From Escherichia phage ECO340P2, in sequence record OP172792: 64,000 bases of DNA. One strand, 5' to 3'. The position numbers and the translations under genes were made by a program. Under the pieces are notes generated by a model, which saw only the letters and a list, made by a program, of their open reading frames with translations, was not told the DNA's origin and did no database searches. Below, one piece after another: positions 8,791-17,259 of the stretch. The number at the start of each line of letters is the position of its first letter. Position 1 is the first letter of the stretch.

Positions 8791-9393
8791 ATGACTGATA
8801 AAATTTCCCTGAAAAAAGGCTCTAGCGAAAAAATTTCCCTGAAGAAAGTTGCTCCGGCTCTGAAAGAACTGCGCCTGGAATTCTCTTGGAAATCTGATTC
8901 TAAACTGGATCTGGATGTAAGTGCACTGGTTTGTCGTCATAATGCCGCTGGCAATCCTGAAATGCTGTCTGCACGTCATCTGGTTTGCTATGCTAACAAG
9001 TTTGATCCTGAACGTTCTACCTTTGCTGGTGACGATGTTCGTGATGGGACTGGCAGCATGGAGCAGATTGATATTACTCTGGCTAAAATCTCTCCCGATG
9101 CACAAGAGATTGCCTTTGTTCTGACCATTGATGATGATACAGGTCTGAAACGTTTTGGTCATGCTTCTGAAGGTATGCTTAAAATCTTCGACTCCGAGTG
9201 TAATGTGGAAATTCTGGATTTTGACTTCCTGGCTCCTGAAGTAGCTGGCAACACAATCTGCCACGTGGCTTCCTTGGTTCGTGAAGATGGTGAATGGAAG
9301 CTGAAAGCATATGGTGTAGGTAAAGCTGGTCTGGATATTTGTGATGTGGTGATGGCCTTCGGTGGTAAAAAAGAATGGTATGAATGTCCATAA
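8791..9393 (+). CDS. terD: TerD-family protein
   Basis: Collinear with remembered enterobacterial TerD: ISLKKGSSEKISLKK, LDLDVSALVC, GDDVRDGTGS..IDITL, FVLTIDD and GEWKLKAYGVGKAG all match. Confidence 0.9.
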   Translation: MTDKISLKKGSSEKISLKKVAPALKELRLEFSWKSDSKLDLDVSALVCRHNAAGNPEMLSARHLVCYANKFDPERSTFAGDDVRDGTGSMEQIDITLAKISPDAQEIAFVLTIDDDTGLKRFGHASEGMLKIFDSECNVEILDFDFLAPEVAGNTICHVASLVREDGEWKLKAYGVGKAGLDICDVVMAFGGKKEWYECP

Positions 9394-9412
9394 TAATTAA
9401 CAAATGATTTTG

Positions 9413-9434
9413 AGGGGGGAGAAATCCCCCTCTT
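9413..9434 (+). terminator. GC-rich hairpin after terD (possible terminator, short U-tract)
   Basis: GAGGGGG-AGAAAT-CCCCCTC followed by TT only. Confidence 0.4.
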
Positions 9435-9461
9435 GCAATAAAGCCTCTATCGTGTTATACT
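9433..9461 (+). promoter_or_regulatory. Sigma70-type promoter (TTGCAA-N17-TATACT) upstream of the cell-wall hydrolase gene
   Basis: -35 TTGCAA 9433-9438, 17-nt spacer, -10 TATACT 9456-9461. Confidence 0.55.
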
Positions 9462-9493
9462 AGAAGTTCGTTAACTTAAAAAGGAGGCAAAAT

Positions 9494-10015
9494 TTGCTGA
9501 TAAAAAACTTTGTAACAGTTGCGTTACTATCCTTAACTGCTTTTACATTTACACCTGTTGTGGCGAAAGCCGAAGCTGCAAACGTAAAAACCGCTAAAGT
9601 AGTTCACAAATGTACAAAGCAATATAATGATAAAATTCTATTAGCTTGTGCAATTTACGCAGAAGGTCGCGGTCTGGGTAAAAAAGGAATGAATGCCGTT
9701 GGGAATGTGGTAATCAATAGAAGAAATGATGCCTACTTTCCTAACACAGTCAGAGGAGTCTTGTTCCAGAAAGGACAATTTTCATATGCGAAAACTTTTA
9801 ACGTAACAGAGAAAGATAAGTGGCAGGAAGCAAAAGCAATAGCGGAGCGTTTACTTTATTTAGAGAAACATTTTCCTGAATTGCGATCTGTTTTAGATGT
9901 TACTAAAGGTGCTCTATACTTCAAGAAACGGAATATAAGGACACACTGGGAACGCGATATGCGTCTTGTTTATCGAGATAAAGTGCATGGTTTCTATCTA
10001 CCAAAGGAGAGTTAA
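9494..10015 (+). CDS. Secreted cell-wall hydrolase (SleB/CwlJ-type) with N-terminal signal peptide
   Basis: TTG start after AAAGGAGG; signal-like N-terminus; core CAIYAEGRGLGKKGMNAVGNVVINRRNDAYFPNTVRGVLFQKGQFS matches the SleB-type fold; own promoter upstream. Confidence 0.75.
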   Translation: MLIKNFVTVALLSLTAFTFTPVVAKAEAANVKTAKVVHKCTKQYNDKILLACAIYAEGRGLGKKGMNAVGNVVINRRNDAYFPNTVRGVLFQKGQFSYAKTFNVTEKDKWQEAKAIAERLLYLEKHFPELRSVLDVTKGALYFKKRNIRTHWERDMRLVYRDKVHGFYLPKES

Positions 10016-10016
10016 A

Positions 10017-10301
10017 ATGCAAGAAGATAATACTGTTGTTGTAGCAAGTTACCTGGTTGTCGGTCTTACCGAAGAGGATGTATACTACACCCGTAAACAT
10101 TTGGAAGCATACGCTACTTTGTTTATGGAAGATGAAAAGGATGTAGATAAATATAGCATTGATATGATCAACGACAGTATTTATCCTTGTATGGTTCTTA
10201 AAGTAGATGCTGTGTTGTGGGAGCGTTTTGCAAGGACTCATGATGCTGTAGAATGCTCCGCAGTAATGTCTCAAAACAACATTTTAGGGGAGATTCACTG
10301 A
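10017..10301 (+). CDS. Hypothetical protein
   Basis: ATG 10017 after AAGGAGAG; in frame with track ORF 9966..10301. Confidence 0.45.
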   Translation: MQEDNTVVVASYLVVGLTEEDVYYTRKHLEAYATLFMEDEKDVDKYSIDMINDSIYPCMVLKVDAVLWERFARTHDAVECSAVMSQNNILGEIH

Positions 10302-10531
10302 TGGGAGAAGTCATTGAAGTCAATTTTCGCACTAAACAAAAAGTGCAAAAGTATGTCGTTATTAAAAACATTTGCGTTGTCTGCTTCAATACAGTAATAT
10401 ACGACTCACGACGCGGAGAAAACGAAAATGAACCTTACATTGAAATTTCTAAGAACAAAGGTCAATGTATTTGTAAGAACTGTGCAGTAGCTATTAAGGA
10501 GGTTGTAAATGAAAACGCTTGGGACCAATGA
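10301..10531 (+). CDS. Small zinc-ribbon-like protein
   Basis: TGATG overlap; two CxxC pairs (CVVC, CKNC). Confidence 0.45.
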   Translation: MGEVIEVNFRTKQKVQKYVVIKNICVVCFNTVIYDSRRGENENEPYIEISKNKGQCICKNCAVAIKEVVNENAWDQ

Positions 10532-10700
10532 AACTGGCGAGATCTCTCTTCAAGAAGTGACAAACGACAAACTGATTAAACTACGAGATGTAGCTCGTGA
10601 CCATCTTCAAGAATCTTTTAAAGAATATATGGAAGCACGAGATCGTGTAATCCAGATCCAACAGGAAATGATTAAACGTGGGATTGTAGCCGACAGTTAA
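10509..10700 (+). CDS. Small hypothetical protein
   Basis: ORF track; AAGGAGG RBS. Confidence 0.35.
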   Translation: MKTLGTNETGEISLQEVTNDKLIKLRDVARDHLQESFKEYMEARDRVIQIQQEMIKRGIVADS

Positions 10701-10718
10701 TATAACGGAGGGGGGAGA

Positions 10719-11282
10719 ATGATTTATTATATTACTCCCTATCTGACAGGAAATATCGGCAAGGCTATTAATGAAGCCATTGCCGTTCTTCCAGATGATA
10801 GTTGGGTGTGTTTAAGAGATACTGATACAATGTTCCTTCTGCCTGATCAACCATCTATGTTGGAAGATCTTGTTATGTCAAACCCACCTTTTGATGTAAT
10901 AGGTGCAACTTGTAATAGACTAGGTAGTGGTTATCAGCTTTTCTCTAACCAAATTAATGATGACCCAGACATTCTAAACCATATAGAATATGCTAAAATT
11001 GCACGGGAATATCATAAAACAAACGTTGAAGAAGTTCCTTTTGGAACACCTTTAGCTGGTTTCTTTTTGCTTTTTAGAAAATCATTGTGGAATGAGATTC
11101 CTTTCGAAGAAAAATCTATCCAATTTGACTTAATTTTCTCTCGCACTTTACATGAAAAAGGAAAGAGGTTAGGATTGATGCGGGGAATGTATCTGTTCCA
11201 CATTTATAGGTTAGGTCAAACAAATCCTCAACGGTCTATAAACCATTTATTACACTGTCACGATCACAGTAAAACTATTTAG
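10719..11282 (+). CDS. Possible GT-A-type glycosyltransferase (tentative)
   Basis: GGAGGGGGGAG RBS; CLRDTDTMFL resembles a DxD-type nucleotide-sugar site; weak. Confidence 0.35.
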   Translation: MIYYITPYLTGNIGKAINEAIAVLPDDSWVCLRDTDTMFLLPDQPSMLEDLVMSNPPFDVIGATCNRLGSGYQLFSNQINDDPDILNHIEYAKIAREYHKTNVEEVPFGTPLAGFFLLFRKSLWNEIPFEEKSIQFDLIFSRTLHEKGKRLGLMRGMYLFHIYRLGQTNPQRSINHLLHCHDHSKTI

Positions 11283-11290
11283 GAGAGAAA

Positions 11291-11974
11291 ATGGAAAATA
11301 TTAAAATCGGAGTAGGTGTTATCACTGTAGGTGTCCGTCCACTTAAAGATTACCTTGTAACAGATCCACGTGCAGATTTTCGAGTATTCAACGATCCAGA
11401 TCGTAAAGGTGTAGCTTATGCCAGGAATGAACTTATGCACCAGTTCTATGAAGAAGGTTATGATTATTGGTTTATTTTTGACGATGATTGTTACCCAGTT
11501 ATGGAGGGATGGGAAACATATTTTGTAGACCAAGCTATTTCTGGAAGATGGGATTTCTTTGGTATGCCGGAGTATTTCAAAGATAAAGTTGTCGGAAGCA
11601 AAGGAGAAGTTATTCTCTGGGAACTTGCAATGTGTCAATTTGCAATGTATTCTCGTGCCGTTGTTGAGAAGATGGGTTATTTCCGCCCTTACACTCACGG
11701 TTATGGTTTTGAAGATGCCGAATGGGGACACCGTTTGAAAGCTGCTGGTTTGAATCATGGTATTCAGGCAACACCTTGTCCACTTCGCATTATGGCTTAT
11801 ATTCACCCAGACGATGTTTTTGGAAACAATCCTATGCCTTTTGCTAATCTGACTAAAGAAGAGAAAGAAGCCGCTATTGGGATTAACTGGGAAGAATATA
11901 AAGCGTCTTTAGAGGATATTAAAAATGGGAAAATCCGACTTTCCTATGAGGAGGCAATGGCACATGTCAAATAA
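11291..11974 (+). CDS. Glycosyltransferase, GT-A fold (DxD motif)
   Basis: Motif YWFIFDDDCYP in a GT2-like context; followed by two GT-B paralogs. Confidence 0.5.
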   Translation: MENIKIGVGVITVGVRPLKDYLVTDPRADFRVFNDPDRKGVAYARNELMHQFYEEGYDYWFIFDDDCYPVMEGWETYFVDQAISGRWDFFGMPEYFKDKVVGSKGEVILWELAMCQFAMYSRAVVEKMGYFRPYTHGYGFEDAEWGHRLKAAGLNHGIQATPCPLRIMAYIHPDDVFGNNPMPFANLTKEEKEAAIGINWEEYKASLEDIKNGKIRLSYEEAMAHVK

Positions 11975-12911
11975 AAAATGGTCTAAACTAAAAATTGATG
12001 CAAAACCTCACAGCGGTTGTGATTATCATCGTATTGTTATGCCATTTGACAACAATAATTTTCAACCTAAAAAAGATATTGTTGTGTTTAACCGTATTCA
12101 CTCTAAAGGAGCAGAATACGTTCTGTCTTTGAAACGTCAAGGTGTTAAGATTGTTGTAGATTTAGATGATTTCTACCAACTTAATCCAGAACACTATTTA
12201 GCAAGTTTATATGAGTCAAACACCCATGCTATTGTAGCTATGGTTAAGCTTGCAGATGTGGTTATTGTGACTACGGAATACTTGGCATATAAAATCCGAC
12301 ATTTAAATAGAAATGTTGTTGTGATCCGAAATGCACTTCCTTTTGATAGTGGACAGTTCACTTTGTCAAATGATCGTTCGTCCGGTACCCCTGTTGTATG
12401 GGCTGGCGGCGCTAGTCATGAACCTGATTTACGACTGGTTTCTAATACTTTTGATGATGAACTTCTTACTATTGCAGGATATGAAGCTTCACAGAGCATC
12501 ACAGGGCAAGAATGGATTAAGATCCGTAGAAATTTACCAAATGCTAAATATAAAGCTGCCGTAAAAGATTTAGATAATTACATGAGTGTTTATGAGAGTC
12601 ATGCTATTGCTATAGCTCCTTTGGTAGATAATGATTTTAATAATTGTAAAAGTAATCTCAAAATCCTGGAAGCTGGAGCAAAAGGTATTCCGATTGTTTG
12701 TTCTAAGGTGTTACCTTATTTTAACCCTGTAGATGCTCGCGCTGTTGCTTATGCAGAGAATAAAGCAGAGTGGCATTACGAAATTGTTAAGCTTCTTCGC
12801 AATCCAAACTATCGGGAAGATCGTGGTTTGTTCTTGGCGGAACATGTTCGAACACATTATAATCTGGCAGATGCAAACGAGTTGCGACGCCAGGTTATTG
12901 AAAGTTTGTAG
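11964..12911 (+). CDS. Glycosyltransferase, GT-B fold (GT1/GT4-like), paralog 1
   Basis: C-terminal NCKSNLKILEAGAKGIPIV resembles the GT4 EAxxxGxP sugar-donor motif; start ATG 11964 after GAGGAGG (track start 11925 lacks RBS). Confidence 0.5.
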   Translation: MSNKKWSKLKIDAKPHSGCDYHRIVMPFDNNNFQPKKDIVVFNRIHSKGAEYVLSLKRQGVKIVVDLDDFYQLNPEHYLASLYESNTHAIVAMVKLADVVIVTTEYLAYKIRHLNRNVVVIRNALPFDSGQFTLSNDRSSGTPVVWAGGASHEPDLRLVSNTFDDELLTIAGYEASQSITGQEWIKIRRNLPNAKYKAAVKDLDNYMSVYESHAIAIAPLVDNDFNNCKSNLKILEAGAKGIPIVCSKVLPYFNPVDARAVAYAENKAEWHYEIVKLLRNPNYREDRGLFLAEHVRTHYNLADANELRRQVIESL

Positions 12912-12918
12912 GTGAAGT

Positions 12919-13863
12919 ATGGGACAAATAATTCTTGACAATCGTAACGGAATCAATTATAGTGTCTGCGATTTCCATAGGGTAGTGCTGCCTTACTCAA
13001 GGCAGTTCTCTTCACAACCTAAACACAACGTTTTCGTTTTTAACGGAGTGCCAACAAAAGGTAAAGAGGGCTTTTTAGCCCTTAAAAACCTAGGCTTTAA
13101 AATGGTTATGGATTTGGATGACTCTTTAGTTATTCCAAAAGGACACATGTTAGAAGGTATTTTTGAATCAGGTATTCGTGAACATTTAAAATGGTTTTTA
13201 GAGCACAGTGACCTTGTTACAACTACGACACCTGCCTTGCAAGTTGAACTTTCACAATACAATGATAATGTGCACATAATCCCTAATGGACTTCCTTACG
13301 ATGAAGGTCAATTTGTGTTGACCCGTGATCGCTACTCCAAATCTCCTTTGGTCTGGGCTGGAAGTGAAACACATAAACAAGATTTGGCTATCTTGCCTGA
13401 TTTTGGTAAAGATCTTACAATATGTGGTTTTCGTAGGGATTCTGAAGTTTTAAGTAGTCGTGAATGGTCTGTAATCAGAGAAAATGTAGCACCAACTTGT
13501 GTTTATGAAGGTGTAAGACCATATTCCAACTACATGGAATCTTACGATGGTCATCAAATCAGTCTTGCACCATTAATCGATAACGTGTTTAATAATGCAA
13601 AAAGCAATCTTAAAATTCTTGAGGCAGGTGCTAAAGGTTTACCTTTAATCTGTTCTCCTCGTGAGAACTATCATACACAAGAGTTTAAAGATTTGTTATT
13701 CTTTGCTGAAACACCTTCCGAGTGGAAAGATATTACGGAATACTTATTAAGTGCTCCCGATGTTTGCATGGAGAAAGGATTAGCATTAGCTAAGTATGTC
13801 AGGACTCATTATCACATTGATGTGTTGAATGAGCGTCGTAGACTTTTATTTGAGGAGCTATAA
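12919..13863 (+). CDS. Glycosyltransferase, GT-B fold, paralog 2
   Basis: Collinear with 11964..12911 (APLIDNVFNNAKSNLKILEAGAKGLPLI versus APLVDNDFNNCKSNLKILEAGAKGIPIV). Confidence 0.5.
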   Translation: MGQIILDNRNGINYSVCDFHRVVLPYSRQFSSQPKHNVFVFNGVPTKGKEGFLALKNLGFKMVMDLDDSLVIPKGHMLEGIFESGIREHLKWFLEHSDLVTTTTPALQVELSQYNDNVHIIPNGLPYDEGQFVLTRDRYSKSPLVWAGSETHKQDLAILPDFGKDLTICGFRRDSEVLSSREWSVIRENVAPTCVYEGVRPYSNYMESYDGHQISLAPLIDNVFNNAKSNLKILEAGAKGLPLICSPRENYHTQEFKDLLFFAETPSEWKDITEYLLSAPDVCMEKGLALAKYVRTHYHIDVLNERRRLLFEEL

Positions 13864-14141
13864 TGATTAACACTTTTGATTTTGAATACACCACTCGTAA
13901 TGGGAAAACTTTAGTCGTGGAGGTGGATTACTATTATGAAGAACCTAATCCACTTTCTCGTGAAAGCGATTGGGACTACCACGGAGGGCTTTTAATTGAC
14001 GGTATTCGTTTTTATGAAGGATCTACAGAAGTTTTTGAAAAAGATTTAAATGTAACTGTGGCAGAAATTGCTTTTCAATTTAGAAAGCACATGGAAGAAC
14101 TAGAAGCAGAATATATGATGGAGACTAACGAACCATTTTAA
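13863..14141 (+). CDS. Hypothetical protein
   Basis: ORF track; ATGA overlap with upstream gene. Confidence 0.45.
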   Translation: MINTFDFEYTTRNGKTLVVEVDYYYEEPNPLSRESDWDYHGGLLIDGIRFYEGSTEVFEKDLNVTVAEIAFQFRKHMEELEAEYMMETNEPF

Positions 14142-14153
14142 CAGGAGAACAAA

Positions 14154-15932
14154 GTGTCGCACATTATAACTAAATATGGATTTGATGTTGATCTTAGCAA
14201 GGAAGGACATACAGGTTGTCCGCGCTGCATGAAAAATGGCAAGGATCGCTCTCGTAATAACCTGATGGTTTATGGATTAGATTCTAATGGAGAGCATAAA
14301 GGTGCTAAGTGCTTTGCGTGTGAATACACTATTCCTAGCGTAGAATGGTTACGAGAAAATGGTGAAGTTTTAGAAGAAGAGGAGGAGATTGTGGGTTCGG
14401 AATTTAATAAACAGATTCATCGTAAAATTGTTCAAGAAACATCAACCAACCCACGTGGTTATCGAGGCATTAAAGAAAAAGTTTCATCTTTCTATGGTGT
14501 TCGTTATGAATACCGTCAGGAAGGGGATCAGATGGTAGTAGAAAGCTGTTTATATCCAACTACTATCGGTAAAGAATTGGTTGGTTTCAAGCGTCGTATT
14601 CATCCTAAAGACTTCAGTAAGCCTATTGGTCAAGTAGGTAAAGATGTAGATCTTTTTGGACAAATTCGTTTTGCAGACCGTTCTCATACTGTTGTAATTA
14701 CAGGTGGTGAACACGATGCTCTGGCAGCTTATCAAATGCTGTCTGAAAACTTGGATAGTAAATATGAGCTTCCAGCAGTAGTAAGTGGCACAACTGGTGA
14801 AACCAGTATGTATAAACAAGTTCAGGCACAATATCCTTTCTTTGAAAAATTTAAGAAAATTATTGTTTGCATGGATAATGACAAAGCAGGTAATGAAGCA
14901 TTTGAAAATATTGTTAAGGTGCTGCCTCGTAACAAAGTATACCGTATGCAGATGGACCTTAAAGATGCCAATCAGTATCTGGAAGAAGGTCGTGCAAAAG
15001 ATTTCGTAAAAGCTTTTTGGAGTGCTCGTCTGTACACACCAGCAGGTGTTTATGCTTCCAACGTCTTGTATGAAGCTGCATTAGAATGCTTGGAATCCAA
15101 GATGATTACCTTGCCTCCTTTTATGCGTGTTGCTGCAAATATGCTGGGTGGTGGTTTAGTAGAAGAAGAGATTACAGTTATCCTGGCAAAGACTAGTATC
15201 GGTAAAACTTTGATGGTGAATGAGATCACCAAACATATTATCGTTGCGCACCCAGAACATACCCTAGGTATTCTGTCCTTGGAAGCAACTTATAAGAAAT
15301 ATTCTCGTAACCTGTTGTCCTCTTTCCTACACATTCCTCTACACAGGAAAACACCTGAAGAGAAATTTCAAATCTTGGAAGAGAATAAAGAAAAAATCCT
15401 AGATTTTTACGAAAGAGAAGATGGATCACCACGTTTTTATGTGTGTGATGATCGTGGAGCAGATGTGGAGTCTATCAAAGAAAAAGTTTTGGAGATGATC
15501 ATCTATTTTGGAGTAACAATTCTTGTTATCGACCCTTATTCTGATTTGCTTTCTGGTATGGATGTTCAAGCCCAGGAAGAGTTAGCAACATGGTTGAAGC
15601 GTATCATGAAAGAATATGCTATAACTATTATCGTCATCTCACACGTTAAGAAATCAGCTAATGGTGGCAATGAACACTTAACAGAAGACGATGCAATGGG
15701 TAGTAGTTTCTTGGCTAAAGGTGCTGGTATTACATTGGCTTTGGAACGAGATAAAGCTGCTGAAGACCCTGTAGAACGCAATACAACTCATTGCTTTATC
15801 CTAAAAAACCGTGAGTTCTCGGAAACTGGTCCGGCAGGGCAGTTTTACTATGACATTAGAACTGCAACTCTGCACGACAAAGAGCAGTATTTCAACAATC
15901 CTGCTAATTTGCCTACGGATAGCAACTACTAA
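14154..15932 (+). CDS. Bifunctional DNA primase-helicase (T7 gp4-like)
   Basis: GTG start after CAGGAG; N-terminal zinc ribbon (CPRC...CFAC), TOPRIM-like IVCMDNDKAGNEAF, DnaB-type Walker A AKTSIGKT and Walker B VLVIDPYSD. Confidence 0.8.
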   Translation: MSHIITKYGFDVDLSKEGHTGCPRCMKNGKDRSRNNLMVYGLDSNGEHKGAKCFACEYTIPSVEWLRENGEVLEEEEEIVGSEFNKQIHRKIVQETSTNPRGYRGIKEKVSSFYGVRYEYRQEGDQMVVESCLYPTTIGKELVGFKRRIHPKDFSKPIGQVGKDVDLFGQIRFADRSHTVVITGGEHDALAAYQMLSENLDSKYELPAVVSGTTGETSMYKQVQAQYPFFEKFKKIIVCMDNDKAGNEAFENIVKVLPRNKVYRMQMDLKDANQYLEEGRAKDFVKAFWSARLYTPAGVYASNVLYEAALECLESKMITLPPFMRVAANMLGGGLVEEEITVILAKTSIGKTLMVNEITKHIIVAHPEHTLGILSLEATYKKYSRNLLSSFLHIPLHRKTPEEKFQILEENKEKILDFYEREDGSPRFYVCDDRGADVESIKEKVLEMIIYFGVTILVIDPYSDLLSGMDVQAQEELATWLKRIMKEYAITIIVISHVKKSANGGNEHLTEDDAMGSSFLAKGAGITLALERDKAAEDPVERNTTHCFILKNREFSETGPAGQFYYDIRTATLHDKEQYFNNPANLPTDSNY

Positions 15933-15950
15933 GGGCTTCGGCCCTTTTAT
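15932..15950 (+). terminator. Rho-independent terminator after primase-helicase
   Basis: AGGGC-TTCG-GCCCT followed by TTTAT. Confidence 0.7.
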
Positions 15951-15961
15951 TAAAATACCTG

Positions 15962-15990
15962 TTGACAACTGTGCGGAAGGGATTTATACT
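15962..15990 (+). promoter_or_regulatory. Strong sigma70-type promoter (TTGACA-N17-TATACT)
   Basis: -35 TTGACA 15962-15967, 17-nt spacer, -10 TATACT 15985-15990; just after the primase-helicase terminator. Confidence 0.65.
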
Positions 15991-16023
15991 TGTCTCATCA
16001 ACCAAACAAGAGGAGAAGTAAAA

Positions 16024-16455
16024 ATGCGTATGACAATCGATCTGAATGCAAAAGTTAAAGCTGCTGGTGCTCTGGGTGCTGGTGTTATTAAACATAAACA
16101 AGCGTTGGCGTTTGCCATCCCACATATGATTGTTGAGGATCATCCTGAAGAGTTTGCTGTAAAAGTTGTTGAGAACAATGTCTCTGTTATTGAACATATC
16201 CCAACTGGACGTTCTTACCGTGTTGTTTCTTCTAAAGGTTTCCGTTTCGATGTAAGCCCTTCTTTCACAAAAGGGGCTGGTCGTAGTAAAGTAGGTATTC
16301 TTTCTTACAAATATTACATCAATAAAGTTGCAGATGGTGTTGCATTCTGTCGTGTAAGTGAGGGTAAAGTAGATATCATCTTTAAAAATACCAAAAACAT
16401 GGTTATTTCTGATGATGGTAAAGTTGACCTCACTATTGAGTTCGCTAACAACTAA
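16024..16455 (+). CDS. Hypothetical protein (first gene after a strong promoter)
   Basis: ATG 16024 after AGAGGAGAAG; the upstream part of the track ORF overlaps the primase gene. Confidence 0.5.
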   Translation: MRMTIDLNAKVKAAGALGAGVIKHKQALAFAIPHMIVEDHPEEFAVKVVENNVSVIEHIPTGRSYRVVSSKGFRFDVSPSFTKGAGRSKVGILSYKYYINKVADGVAFCRVSEGKVDIIFKNTKNMVISDDGKVDLTIEFANN

Positions 16456-16464
16456 GGAGGACTA

Positions 16465-17259
16465 TTGAGCAAGTTGAACACACTTGATCAATATTACACT
16501 AACCCCGCTTATGCGGGGTTCTTATGTGATAAGATCAAAGAAATTTTTGGAGAGGAAGCTAACTACGTAGAACCATCTGCGGGAGAAGGAGCTTTCTCTT
16601 CTTGTTTTAAAAACATAACTTCTTTTGATATTGACCCTAAGTTTGAAGATTGTATTGAGGCAGATTTTTTAGCCCAATCTGTTGAGTCTGTTGGTAGTGT
16701 AACTGCTTTTGTCGGTAATCCTCCATTTGGAAAAAATGCTAGTCTTGCCATTAAATTCTTTAACCATTGTGCTGAAATGCTAGATAACGAAGGTGGTATT
16801 TGTTTTATCTTGCCTCGCACATTTCAAAAAATCTTTTTTGCACACAAACTAAATCCCCACATGCATCTTCTTTACGAAGAAGAATGTCCAAAAGGATCTT
16901 TTATTCTTCATGGAGAACCTTGGGATGTTCCTTGTGTATTCCAGATATGGATTAAACGCAACGAGAAGCGTTCTCCCGTTGTTTTAGGAGAAAATCGACT
17001 ATTTGTATTAGGCAACAGTAAAGACTACGACATAGCCGTTAGGAGAGCGGGAGCAAGTGCAGGTAAAGTGTTATCAGAAGAAGATTCTTTATCTGAAGCG
17101 TCTACCTATTTTTTAAAAGCCTTGACTTCTGATCTTAAAACGCGTATCATTGAGGCTTACCCGTTACTTAAAGCTGAAGCTAGTAAAACTGCGGGAGTAA
17201 GAAGTTTAAGTTTAAAAGAACTTCAGTGGGTTCTGGAGAACATTAGAAAGGAGGAATAG
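16465..17259 (+). CDS. DNA methyltransferase (amino-MTase, likely N6-adenine; gamma-type motif order)
   Basis: TTG start after AAGGAGG; motif I-like EPSAGEGAF precedes catalytic NPPFG; N-terminal DQYYTNP. Confidence 0.55.
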   Translation: MSKLNTLDQYYTNPAYAGFLCDKIKEIFGEEANYVEPSAGEGAFSSCFKNITSFDIDPKFEDCIEADFLAQSVESVGSVTAFVGNPPFGKNASLAIKFFNHCAEMLDNEGGICFILPRTFQKIFFAHKLNPHMHLLYEEECPKGSFILHGEPWDVPCVFQIWIKRNEKRSPVVLGENRLFVLGNSKDYDIAVRRAGASAGKVLSEEDSLSEASTYFLKALTSDLKTRIIEAYPLLKAEASKTAGVRSLSLKELQWVLENIRKEE

